In this document: positions 25,431 through 38,000 of the stretch, in pieces
How the letters are laid out: the number at the start of each line of letters is the position of its first letter
How positions within the stretch are numbered: position 1 is the stretch's first letter
Source of the DNA: Podarcis erhardii
Lineage: Eukaryota
Length of the DNA stretch: 64,000 nucleotides
Assembly: GCA_964252035.1 (NCBI GenBank)
Contig: OZ176205.1
Reading direction: 5' to 3' (one strand)
Program-made: the position numbers and the translations under genes
Notes under the pieces: generated by a model
Seen by the model: the letters and a program-made list of their open reading frames with translations, nothing else
Told to the model about the DNA's origin: nothing
The model's database searches: none

Positions 25431-28400
25431 TGTTCATCTTAATCATGGGATATGAGCAAACAAACCGGGAATTTCCTCAACAGCATGATCTGAAGCCATG
25501 GTTGGAAATTAGTTTGGAAGCCTTGGTTTGGACTTGGAAAGCAATCCCTGGTTAGTTCTTACCATAGTTTGAGTGGTTTGAATGTCATGGAAAACTATGA
25601 TTTTTGCAAACTATGGAAGACAGAAGGAAACTGTATGGGTGTGGGCATAGTTTTTGTACTGTATTCACTTCAGCTTAATCTGTTGATACTGGCTGTAGCA
25701 AAATAGGGATCCAATAATATATTTCCAACCCTGGCAGTGAAGATACAATACCTTTAAAATGATATGACCAATATCTTTTTTAAGTGCGATGAGCATGAAA
25801 AGCATATTATTCTTATTTTGCATAATTAATTAAAACATTGTTTGCTATAGGTATATTCACCGTTATCCATATATCACTTTAAATAGAGGCTGATGGGGTT
25901 GTTGGAATGGCTCTTAATACTTAGGAGTCCCTAGTGACCACTTTAAGTGACATTTTCTGCCTCTGCTGCTACATCCCTTAGCTACATCCCTGGGGGTGCC
26001 TACTTCAGGTTTTTTTTAGAAGCAAAGCTCTTAAGCAGGCATCTGCTTTAGACAGTTGCTTTCAGTCCTATTGATTTCAACAGAATGCATGCATCAAGAC
26101 AAACCATGTACTTAAGCACTGGAATGGCTTACTCCTTGTGTCCACTGAAACCACAGACTTCTAGATTTCTGTTCTCTGAATGTGGTGTACCATTATCATA
26201 GTTGTTCCAATATTACTTTGGCGTACCGGTATCTATTTATGTGCAATGTCGGGTACTAATATCAGTCCCCTCTCATTGTGTACTCAAGTGGCAGTAGTAA
26301 CACCACACATTTTCACACAACCATTGGGCCTCCTTGTTGAACTGGCTGATCTTCATTTGCTGTGGGACAAAGGAGAGAGCAGGCCTTCTCCCTCAATAGC
26401 AGAGCTAGATCACTTGCCCCAGAGAGCAGCTGGCAGTCCCTAGGCTTCTGGTTAAAAATTATTGCCCTCATATCTGTAATCCCAATGTACTTGGGTTTGC
26501 TGAACCCTATTAGCATACCTACAGCTCCATATAATCCTTTCTTTCAGTTGCATTCAACGCCTGAGTGTTTAACTGAGCCCCATTGCTTTAAATTAGACTC
26601 TGTACTGTTCTAAGTACTTGCAGACATCTTGATCTATTCCATTTTGCACAGTGAAGTGTTTTCATTAGCGCAGCATTCATGCATGTGTGATAGTAGCTAA
26701 CTGATGTAATTAACCAGCATGTCAAAGGCTATTTATTTCTTGCACATGCAACCATCTTTCTCTGGTAAGGAATCGTTTCTGCTGACACAGTGCGTATGTA
26801 AACATGCTAAACTACAAGCCATTGCCCTTACAGTCTGCACTGTACTCACAAATTACAAACACTGATTTCACTTTAAAAAGGCTAAACTAATGAGAGTTAC
26901 TTTAAATTTCCATGCCACTGTTAACTACACGTGTAGCTGGAAATGCAAAGGCAGGGGTTCAAAACAAAGAAAGATCAAGAGAGATAGCATAGGTCATGGA
27001 GAACAAATCGCCTACTTGATTGTAGGTCAACCAAGTGCAGAATAGTATTGCTGTACTTGTCTGGCCCAAGTGGCTGCTTGCCTGTTGCTTTTAAACCTCA
27101 GTGATGCACTGAGGTTATGCACATGTGTCAATGCTTGCAGGATCAAGATTGCTGATTGCAAATACCTTGGGAGCAAAAGTTTCTGTGCCAAAGTACTAGA
27201 ACATTTTGGCCCTAATTTCTTTCAGCATCAAAGGATCAGGCTTCTATAGAAATAAAATATGAAGAAAAATGGCAATGCAAAACAAGGATTTGGTCTTGGG
27301 GGTGGTTCTTCAGGCAGATTCTGCATCGTAAAATATGGTATGTAAATGATTCCTGCTTGGAGGAAGAAGCAACAATAAATAATTCAGGCATCCTATCACC
27401 AGTTCCCTCACATAGACTTACTTTGGTTTCAATCCCTTCACAACATAAATTGCTTGCATGCTTTCTTGGTATTTTGGTAAAACCATGAAAACTGTAGACT
27501 TATTCTCTGCTAGCTATAAACATTTCAATGTTTGCACTATGATCCAGGGTCTTGCAGATGTTAAAATTCCCAGATTTTTAATCCAGATCCCACATCTATT
27601 CAAGTATACAAAGACACAATCTGTATAATCTCACATTTATTGTGACCTTGTAAAACTCCTTTTGCTTTCTTGCTTCAATTTGTTACACTCATTAGCATAA
27701 TTCAGAAAAAAAATCTATGAAGGTTAAAGACATAGCTTTACTGTAAAAATCTACAGTGATGAGAACTTTATATGTTTGGAGTTTACAGTTTTTCTGTTTA
27801 AGTGTTACAATTTGTTCTGTTTAATAAGCACTTCTTTATTCAGCACAACATTTATGGAATTTTCTGGAATAAGATAGGGGATTATACAGAATCAAAGATT
27901 TGGGGTCTATGGCCCAAAACCATGACGATTATATGGAACTGCCATTTTCCTAGAGGACAACAACAGGAGCAGGCTATTCCCAGAGGCATATGGTTGACCA
28001 CTGTGGGTGAACTATGTGGATTGTGGCATAATTTTAGATTTTACAAATTTAAATAGCTGTCTTTAACATGAAGTGCATTGCCAGTCAGTGATGGAAACTG
28101 AACTTGAAATACAGTGCTTCAGAGTGTCTGCAATATTCAACAAAAACATTCATATTCTTAATATCTTGATGAAATGTAGTGAAAATGGGTTATCAATAGG
28201 TTTTCTTTTCTCCTCTAAAGAGAGTGTGTTCTGGCAGCACTGCTGGCATGTTGATCATGGAAAGCTGTGTCCTATGCTTTGTTTCTCACACAATACACAC
28301 CACTTCATTCTCCAATACAGCTTGCAGATAAGGCCATTGGCACTGCTGTAGCCTGGTCCAGCCACACAATTTGTCTTAATTTTGCGGTACTGTCTAAGCA

Positions 28401-29645
28401 AGTCTTAGTTTACAGGAGGCCACCGCACGGGGTCTCATGAAGCCCAGCAAGCTTCTTCATGTGGTCTGCCTGGCAATAAGATGATTTAATAATTTGTGTG
28501 CCCATTCTAAAGAGGTTTGGCTGCTTACCATCCAGCCTGCCCTCAGGGGTGATTTACTTAACCATATGCTGCCATAGAAGCAGCTGCATTTGATTGCATC
28601 TACCAAACTCTGAGGTTTATCCGCCACACAGCTGAAGCCTTTCTCCTTTATCTGCCACTTCCCTTGGCTGTATGCCCCTGAAATCATTTGTGTCTAAAAG
28701 GAGGACAGAGAAAACTTTTAGCATGTAGTTGGGTGTTGACAATCTGAAATGATGAATTGATCCTCTGAGAATCCATAGGCAATTTGCTGAAGCAACAGTA
28801 ATAAAAATCTTGACATTGCTCATTGCTTTCTTGCTGATACTGTCTGTTAGTGAATCTGTATTGCATGTGCTATAATCAACACTGAAAATTCAAACCATCT
28901 CAGTAGCTCTCAATATGCAATTGACTTGACTACTGTTGTGGACTGACTATATAAGCCTATTTTTTCATTCATGGGTAGTAATTTATTTCTCTTTTTAGCC
29001 TGTCCCATCTCAAAGTCTATGTCTGGATAATAATGCCTTATATATAAAACACAGAATTTACAATCTGAAACAAAATCTTGACTGAATAAATATACATGAG
29101 CATCCACATAGTATAAGAATTTATTATAAATAATTGCCATGTTGAATAAGAGCAATGGTTCATCTAGTTCATTAATGTCCACTTTGATTGGCAACAGCAA
29201 AGAAATCTCAAAGAGGGTTTAGCCATATAGATGGATCTTTTCTGCCACTGACCTTTGGTCCTTTCTCACTATAACTTAGTGCAATAGTGTTTATGTTTAA
29301 TAATGAATACATTGTTATTTCTCATAAAATTCTGGCAGGATTTCCCCATTATTTTATCAATTTGAATTTTGTAGGCTGTATTCCCATGATTTGGTATATA
29401 TACATTACTGTTTGATATATTCTTCAACAGCAATATGAAGGGTTAGGAAAGGAGGTGAATTGTTGTTTGCTAAGATCTAGATCTGTAACCTCTTGACCTT
29501 CTGATCTCTTCTTATCCTGTCCAGATGGAAATTCTCAATGTCAGCTGCCCTATTTGTGGATGTAAGATTGGCACATTTCCTCTTTCTCCTTTCCCTTCCA
29601 GCACCTGAAAAGACTGGTGTCATATGATGATTCTTAATAGTTATA

Positions 29646-29871
29646 CAGTGGTACGTCAGGTTACATACACTTCAGGTTACAGACTCCGCTAACTCAGAAA
29701 TAGTGCTTCAGGTTAAGAACTTTGCTTCATGATGAGAACAGAAATCGTGCTTTGGCGGCGCGGCAGCAGCAGGAGGCCCCATTAGCTAAAGTGGTGCTTC
29801 AGGTTAAGAACAGTTTCAGGTTAAATACGGACCTCCGGAACGAATTAAGTACTTAACCTGAGGTATCACTG
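29646..29871 (+). mobile_element. Tc1/mariner (Tigger-like) MITE, copy 3
   Basis: TA|cagtggtacgtcagg...gaggtatcactg|TA. Confidence 0.95.
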
Positions 29872-31125
29872 TAATCCAATCTGTGTATTATACAAAATAC
29901 TAGACCTTCTGGTTTGGGGTTATTCGGAGGGGGGGGGTGTTCAGTACAATCTGTCGAATGGCACAGTGATCATCCAGACTTTTGGCTAAAGGGGGATGCC
30001 ATTTTTATAAATTTTGAATTAGACTGTGGGATACCAACCTTTGCCCCATGGATACATATGGATTTTTGCCGGGGGTGACAGGCCCTGTGGTCACTTTTCC
30101 GCCCCCCTCCTCCAAGAAAGACACTTCCCTTTTCCAAAGGAACTGGAAATCCAGCTGGATCCAACTGCTGGATCCAGTAAAATCAATCTGAGACTTAGAA
30201 ACCACAGGGAGATGAAATAGTAAGTGTGAAAGAGTATCATTTTTCCATCTTTTTTCTTCATCTCAGTGTACTTTTCAAGGGAGAAAAAGGAACCCTTACC
30301 ATTTCAGGACCAAGCAGGCAGTGAGTGCAGGGGTAGGGGGAGACTCAAAGCTTTCACGGGTGCCATGGGAAGACCTCAAGGGCATCATTGCACCCATGGA
30401 TGTCACAATGGCAATTGCTGAAATAAACTGCACAGGAAATATACCCTATGTGTCAATAATGGGAATTTTGGATTATTGTAGCTCAGACAATGGGGATACT
30501 GTACTGTTAATTATTTAATCATTTAAAATGATACTTCAACATAATAATAGTTAAGATATGAGTTAATGACACTTAATATATACCCTAAATTAGGAGAGAA
30601 CTGTGGCACATACAGTGCTTTTCATATACTCATTGCATTTGAAATAGTCTCCAAAGCTACCTAATTTCTGGCCAGTGTGATAACCATATATCTAAAGCAT
30701 TCCAGACAGATGTCTCTCCGACATTTTCTTGAGTGTCTTTGAGAGAGGAAATCCCATAGTTGCTGTAGGCAGGTTTTTTTCTTCATTGATTGACAGTTTT
30801 TTATGATTTTGGAGGACTTTTAAAAGTTATCCTAAAATTTAAAATCATTGCTTCTTGTCCTTTCTTAACACTGAACATGATCTCCCAAATGTCTTACCAG
30901 TGCTGAGTAGAAAAATGGTATAATTTCCCATGTGACTGCTAATTCATCCTAAAATGGCACAATTCTTCTATGCTATAGACACAGCTGGTGTCACAGCATC
31001 TCTCATCTCTTCATCTTACTTTCCCACAATTACTACTAGTATCTGCTGTAAAAAATGGGTGGTTAATAATTTCATGGTATAGGCAGTGCTTGCTAGATAA
31101 CTGTTTGTGAAGCTTGCAAATAGGA

Positions 31126-31162
31126 ATCAAAGCAATATAGGAACATCAAAGCAATATAGGAA
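31126..31162. repeat. 18-bp direct duplication separated by 1 nt
   Basis: atcaaagcaatataggaa-c-atcaaagcaatataggaa. Confidence 0.95.
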
Positions 31163-31663
31163 TCAATCCTAAAGCAGCACACACACACACACTGCTAAGT
31201 CTCCTTAACCTTAATGAGAACTGCCAATGTTTATATCTTGTTCAAAACCACATAGACTTTGATAGATCAGGGTTCATCCTCTGCTGATTTTTTATTTATT
31301 TTATTTTCCTCACCCTCAATTGTAAACACTGTCCCCTAAACCATCAAGTTAAAAGATGCACCCTATTAACCCGGTCATGAATGCTTGAAAAGCTTAACTT
31401 GCCTGTTAAAAATGTCTACTAGCCCATACCTAATTGTGCAAAACAGCAAGTGGATAGGGGGAGAAATACCCTGCTAGTTTAAATGGATGAGAATGAGTTG
31501 CTTCAAAAATTAGGCAGGGTGCAATTTTCCAGAAAGCGCAGTATCATAGCCTAAATTTTTCAGATATCACAGTCTCTTAGTTCCCCAAGAACCCACTTGG
31601 AGACATCAATGACTTACTTGGCAGTTTCCATTTACGTTGCCATAAGCTGGAAGGGTGACTAGG

Positions 31664-31688
31664 TTGTTGTTGTTGTTGTTGCTGCTGC
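31664..31688. repeat. (TTG)6(CTG)2 microsatellite
   Basis: Read directly. Confidence 0.9.
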
Positions 31689-31945
31689 AATAAATCCTTA
31701 TTGACACAATCATAGATGGATAACAATGGTAAGTTATGGTCCAGGTTGAAAAAGCCAACCAAGTGGAGTTCATCGTATCACTGTATTATGATAGATCTTT
31801 TATCTTTCAGTAAAGAGGTCATCAGTGTTGGAGTGGGGAAGAAATGCATTTCAGATCTTTGTAAAAACACTCATTGAGACTATACTAAATTCAGGTCCTG
31901 TGTGTTGGGGTTGTAGCATTTTGGAGGTGCGTCTTAAAGTGTGTA

Positions 31946-32187
31946 CAGTGGTACCTCAGGTTATGAACTCAATTCGTTCCAGAGGTCCGTTTGTAACAGG
32001 AAACCGCTTGTAACATGTGGCGTGCTTTTGCTAATGGTGCCTCCCGTTGTTGCTGCGCTGCCAGTGCGTGACTTCCACTCACATCCCAGGGTAAAGTTCG
32101 CAACTCAGAGCATCTACTTCCGGGTTAGCAGAGCTAGTAACCCAAAGCGTTTGCAAGGAGGATGGTACGTTACACAAGGTTCCACTG
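31946..32187 (-). mobile_element. Tc1/mariner (Tigger-like) MITE, divergent subfamily, copy 4
   Basis: TA|cagtggtacctcagg...caaggttccactg|TA; same layout (aattcgttcc, gctaatgg.gcctcc, ttccgggttagc) but a different internal sequence. Confidence 0.88.
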
Positions 32188-33354
32188 TATGTGAAGGTGG
32201 CACTTCAGTTCTTTGTTGCGTCTGGTCTGTTCTGATTCCACAACAATATGACAAAATGATAGCAGTTAAATTAAATAATGATGTTTTTAGTGACCCATAA
32301 GTGAGCCTCTTTATTTATTCTGGGTGTTTTGGTTTCTATGGAGCACTTGAACTGAGAGCCTTTTAATGGAAAAAAGCGGATATTTCTTCGGATGAGGGGT
32401 GGGAGGTCTTAATTTCCTGAAGCAGCCCCTTCGTGGAATAACACAAAGCTGTTTTTGCAGGCAGTCATGGCTCACTGCAAGGGCTATCTAGCTCTGTGTT
32501 TGCCCTGGCTTCTCTGAGGGGGTGAACACAGTGTTGAGGGAGGTCTTGGTTTTAGAAGGTTGGAAGGTTTATTAGTGTTGACAGTGTGTGAACTTGACAT
32601 CTTTTGTAATAATGAGGTTTTAAAATGTGAATTATTCATGCCTTGCTTTGAATACAGGCTTATTGTGTTAGTTGGAGCTGTGAAGAGAGGAAAGATATTA
32701 ATTAAATAAACGTCACTGTTCTAGAAGATCATGTGGGAAATTTTTGTCATGCCTTCAGTATAATCAAGGAACTAGACACAATACATACTTACTGAAGTTA
32801 GTTGTAGTTAGATTCAAAACATATTGATAATTCTGTTCTAGTTTAATGCATATTATCTGTTAATAGTGATTAAATTTGAAATCACGGGGGCGGGGGCTGT
32901 TTGGGTTGGTTCAAATTCAACAGTTACCAAAAGCAGTATCAGTCTCTCAGACTGTATAAATCAACCAATGACCTGATAATTAAGAAAGTTCTAATAACAG
33001 GCATAGATGGAATTATATTTATGAATGCTATTAGTGTGTTTGTGTGGGTTATAAAGAGAATTTTGTGTTGCTGTTTGTATAGAAATTAGATACTGCAATG
33101 TGCCTTGACGTTTATAGGATAAATAGCAAAATGGCTGGACAAATGTTAACTTGGCCAAGCATATATGCAAAATAGATTTAATTTGATGTTTAAGAAGAAT
33201 TTATATTTTGCAGCTAAGCTGAACTGAGTCACATGTACCAAGTGCTTAGAATCCATATTTGGGAAGGAGCCTTCCAAGGACAAGTGATTTTATACAGGAA
33301 GCAATGATAGTATTTTACTAGCTAGTGTCCTCCTCTACATTAGCATCAAATAGT

Positions 33355-33382
33355 TATTCTGCCGCAGCTATTCTGCCGCAGC
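33355..33382. repeat. 14-bp tandem duplication
   Basis: tattctgccgcagc twice. Confidence 0.95.
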
Positions 33383-34019
33383 ACTGATGGTGTTGTTAGG
33401 ATGAAAGATCCTGACCACATAAGCAATTAAAGACTTCCTAAGCAGTGGTGTGTTTTTTGTTTTGCAGGAAGTTGCAGTAGAGACAAACTTTGTTCAGGAT
33501 AGCTTCCCCCCTGCCTCTTTAAACTTCCTCTGGCCAATTCCACTAAATGCCACAAAAGTTCTCATTTCCTATCTAGGTCTGCTTCATTCCTCCTCCAGAG
33601 CAGTCACCCTGCAGATTTGTTTGAAGTGACTCTTAGTCTGAGTGTGCACAAAGTTAATGCCATTTGTCTAGCTTTGACACACGGTTTACTGTGACTTGTG
33701 TTGAAGATGGAATTAACACCATTACCAGAGAGGTCTGTGCTACAGAGGTCACTGAAAGTGCAGTGCAGAGAGTTCTGTACTAAAAATATACAGAACAAAA
33801 TATTGTTCCTGTTATTTCCAAAGCTCATGATAAGGCTGTTAAGGAGGACACATGAATAATGGCTGTGCAATCAGCCACATTCCCTAAACTTGCTCATATC
33901 AAGAGGTTGGTTCTATTCTATGATGATGTATATAAATATTAAACCCATTGGGTTGACTGGGATGGGTCATACGCAGCTGATATGATGTTGAATACCTTTT
34001 GCTGTGCTTCTGAAGTCCT

Positions 34020-34785
34020 CTAACAATCAACTGTAACAAAATATAACAGGGGGAGAGGTGGAACCTCTCTACCTATTCTGCAGGCAACTGGTAGACTGGC
34101 TGCTGTGCCCTCTGGCCTGATGGTGTTGTTGGTGAATGCAGGGTTGATTCACAATAAAAATTTACTTATCCACAATTTGAGGGAGCCAAGCTGATGTGCA
34201 TTACTGAGACCTGGGTGGGTGTGCAGGGCAGAGTCAACCTGTCTGGGCTTTGTTCACCTGAGTACTCAATGCAGCATTAAGCCAGGCTGGGGCAGGGGGA
34301 GTCTTTGTGGTCCATGAAAGTATGATCATGCTCATCAGGACACTTTGTACCTAGTGGTGTGCAAAGCACATTGGAGTGGCCACTGGTGTATCATCCACAT
34401 TGCTGTCCAGTGGTTTTGTTCACCAAATTATATGAGGTGGATTTGGGTGTACTGTTGGACAATCCTGTGGAACTTTAACATCCATACTGAGACCACATTT
34501 GTAGTGCTAGCTCAGGACTTCATGGCTTTCATAGACATCCTCATGGCTGTGTCAGTTTGTTACTGCTTCACCACAAAGGGCAGGGTATATACTTGGTCTA
34601 ATCTTCAAGGTTGGAGACGCAATCTACTAATTCTGTTGCTTCTCTTGGATCTGTCAGCAACTTTTGATATGATTAACCATGTTATCCTTCTGGACCACTG
34701 TGGACTCCATTTCACTAATTTTTCAGTCTTCCTTATGGGGTTAATTCCAGAGAATAGAATTGGGTGAGTGTGACTCTGCCCAGTG
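34020..34785 (+). mobile_element. L2 LINE ORF2 remnant: AP-endonuclease domain joined to an RT motif
   Basis: From 34114: GLMVLLVNAGLIHNKNLLIHNL, then (frameshift) KLMCITETWVGVQGRVNLSGLCSPEYSMQH, then LWNFNIHTE..LAQDFMAF (endonuclease motifs LLNARS, CITETW, GDFNIH); at 34631-34695 LLLLDLSATFDMINHVILLDH (RT motif LDLSAAFDTIDH). Confidence 0.85.
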
Positions 34786-35030
34786 GTGAAGCAAGCCGAT
34801 CAGGCGCCTGGGGCAGCATGCGTGCCCTGTGCCCAGGGGCGGGGCCAGCCACCTGCAAGAACGGGGCGAGCCAGGGCAGGACGCTCCGCGGGGCCTCAGA
34901 GCAGTCTGCATGCCTCCTCCCACTCAGCTGCCCTACACTGCAGAGCCTGTGGGCACCCAAGCCACTGTTTCACTTCCAGGAGAGATGTGTGGCTCGGGTG
35001 CACTGCAGGCCCTGCGGTGAGTGCCTCCTG
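34781..35030. mobile_element. GC-rich, CpG-containing insert, probably a truncated non-autonomous DNA transposon
   Basis: Abrupt shift to about 68% GC directly after the L2 fragment; starts cagtggtgaagc (a cagtggcggagc-like terminus); no matching right TIR seen. Confidence 0.35.
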
Positions 35031-38000
35031 GTATCAGATATTGAACCTGTTATGCTGTGGATTAGGGATTCATAATGAGAAGCAGTGTGAAGTATGTGAG
35101 GTTAGCACCATCTCTATGTTTGTATATCTTAGCCTAATTGTTGTGCCATTTGTGTTCAATAACTGCATCGTTATGTATGGCAGGTTGGTAGAGTTTCTAG
35201 CTTTAGCCTCTGAGATGGCTTTGGTATGTTTAAGAAATAATTCCAATGTACAGAGTTTCACTAAGTATGCTTTTTCCCATCACAGTCAGTTGCAGTTATG
35301 GGAATAGCCACATCTTGCAGACTTTCCCTTTTTATGGAGCTCTTTAAAAGTAGGCACAAGAACTCTCTAAGTGTCTAAACCAGGCAACCCCACAATGTGG
35401 TTAGTGGGTGGTAGGCAGGTGGTGAAATTTATTCAGCACAAAACTGAAATATGTTTCCTACATAAAGTGGCAATCTCTTTTTGCATGTTTACTGGATGTA
35501 GGTAGGGGGGGAAAAAGAAAGTTGTCCACAAGGAAGCTGGCTGTGGCCTAACATTCTCTCTGTACATTTTCCTTGCCTTATGAAAGGAATATTTATATGT
35601 ACCTCCTGTGCCACAGGAAAAGGGCTAGTGGTAGTTAACTGGACAGTTGGAACAGATTGCGTCTTGCACAGTCCTAGAGCTGTAATTTTCAGTAATGGGA
35701 TTTTGAATCTCACAGTAATAAAAGAAAACCTTTTTGCCTAGGTTTGAACATTGACAGAATTTCTAGATGTGTTGTTTTTGTGCTGTGTAGATGCAAAGTG
35801 AAGCCACCACCCACTCACTCTCCCATTTTTTCTTTTTCAGCCAGCTACTATACAAAGAACGCATTTACTGTAAACCTGGTTTGAATTTTATTCAGGCCAT
35901 TTAAAAAAAACAAAAGGGAGGAATAGGAGGGTTAGAAAAACTGGGAAGCCTTGGAATGAGGTATAGGGAGAGGGACTGATATATATGTAACCATTTGAAA
36001 TCAAGCTTTCATCCCAAACATTCATGCTTGAATTTTGGAGCTGTTGATACCTTAGAAATGGTAGAGTCCAACAGTAGTAGTTGTTAGACATAGTATGATA
36101 ACATAAAGAAGTGCACCTAATACTTCATTTTCAAAAATAACTGGAGGAAAATGACAACCAGAATTTAGCAAATACATATTAGATTAAGGAGGTAATTTTA
36201 AACCCAATAGCTACAAAGTAATCACCATTGAACACAGTAGGACTTACCTCTGAGAAAACTTGCACAAGATTATATGCTGCACAGTAATTTTTCTTTGCCT
36301 CCTGTTGTCGTCCTCCCCCCCTCCCCCGATCCATTGAGACTGGATCTTATTTCACTTAAATTATGAGTGTTGTGGCTTGGAACATTTTCATAACCTGATG
36401 AGCTAGGCTAGGTTACTTAAATTATTTAAAGAGTTAACATGAAGATTGGCTGACACAGGTGTTTAATACAATACAACCAGATAATATATTACCCAGATAT
36501 TAGTATTTTTATATAAGTCTAATTTGGCAAAGCACAAAATCCGTTGCACACACACTTTGCAATGATGGAAGAGCTGCTGGGCTGGGTAGACCTCTGTCCT
36601 CGGCAACCCAACAGTAATTGAAGATCTTTAAAAATGCATGCATCCTCCGTCTTTCCCATATGGGCTCCTAAGGCAACATGACCTTATGTGGCCATTATCT
36701 GACCTCTTTTACTCTTGGATTACAGGGTACAAAGCAAATTTATAGTTGTTTATTCTCTCCTCCTATCAGCTATTAGTGCCTAATCATATGGTCTATTGAT
36801 CATGTGATTAATCACCTGCCTAAAGACGCAGCAGATCTTGTGGAATGCTGCAATGCACCACACTGAACTTCAACCTTTTATACAAACTTGAACAGTAAAA
36901 ACATTAGTCAATGCCGAAGCCTCTGGTTAGTATGCTGCTAGAACACCAGGAGGTAAATCTTGTTGGTTAAGAAAACACGCCATACTATCAGTTGTGCCGT
37001 TTAAAAAACATATAATCCTCCCATACTTCATTTGCAGATACATACACTTGCCTAGAAGATTATTTTAATGCATCCTATAGATACTAATTGGCGGGGGTGG
37101 AGGCAGGGACTGTACTGTGTTATAGTGTCCACTATTTTTACCATAAGGATCTGACAGCATTTCAATAGTAAAATCTTTATTTTCAAGGCTTTATAATATG
37201 CTCGTGACATTTGGCTCTGCCTGAGCTATGAGTCTTTAAGATTCTTTTCTTCTTGTTCCCAACTTGTCGTTTTAAATACTGATTGGCCATATTTTATTTG
37301 CAAATGTTCATTTGTGCTACAATTTATTTGTTTTAACTTTTCTCTTAAAATCAGCATTATATAAAATTGAGTATAAAATAAAACAGGGATTTTTAAATAG
37401 TTAAAAAAGGATTGCTATACACAGTTTGTGGGAGCTGTTTCTCACAAAGACCTGTTAAATGGTTTTGTCATGATGGAGATGTAATATAGACTAGATCAGA
37501 GGCCTTCTATCTTGTTGCAAATGACCTTTTAAATATTTGTGTATAGAATCAGCTTTCCATCTGTTAACTTGTAGAAAGGAATATATCACTTTTAATCCTT
37601 GTTCATTTTTCATCCTTGTTATTTTCTTGAAATCTCAACTCAGTATGAGTCCTAGGAACACTCCACCTGCTTCCCCTCCCTACATCATCTCATACCATCT
37701 TATCACTGTGAAGGGAATATGGAACTTGGCATCTCACAATTATTTGATGTTCCTGACCCTTGACTCTGCCCCTAGTTTGAAAGGCAGACTGGGTTGCAGG
37801 GTCAGGGATATTCTACATTGAAATAAATGAAGCACATTCCATTTATTATCTTCTTGTGTGGTGAGAAGGTGAGAGCAGGAGCCTGAGAGTCTGAAATACT
37901 TAATATTCCTTGGAAAGTAAGAAGTGAACTAGTGTCTAGGTACATTTCAAGCTTATACATCTGTCTCGAAATTCAAGCAACAAATCACAACGCAAAAATC

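Noticed and set aside
28910-29200. Minus-strand ORF with KKRNKLLPMNEKI, reminiscent of a Tigger/CENP-B N-terminus
   Set aside because: No continuation into an HTH or DDE domain and no TIRs nearby; likely chance.
29407-29419. tgtttgatatatt, similar to part of miR-190
   Set aside because: Partial match lacking the 5' seed, with no hairpin partner.
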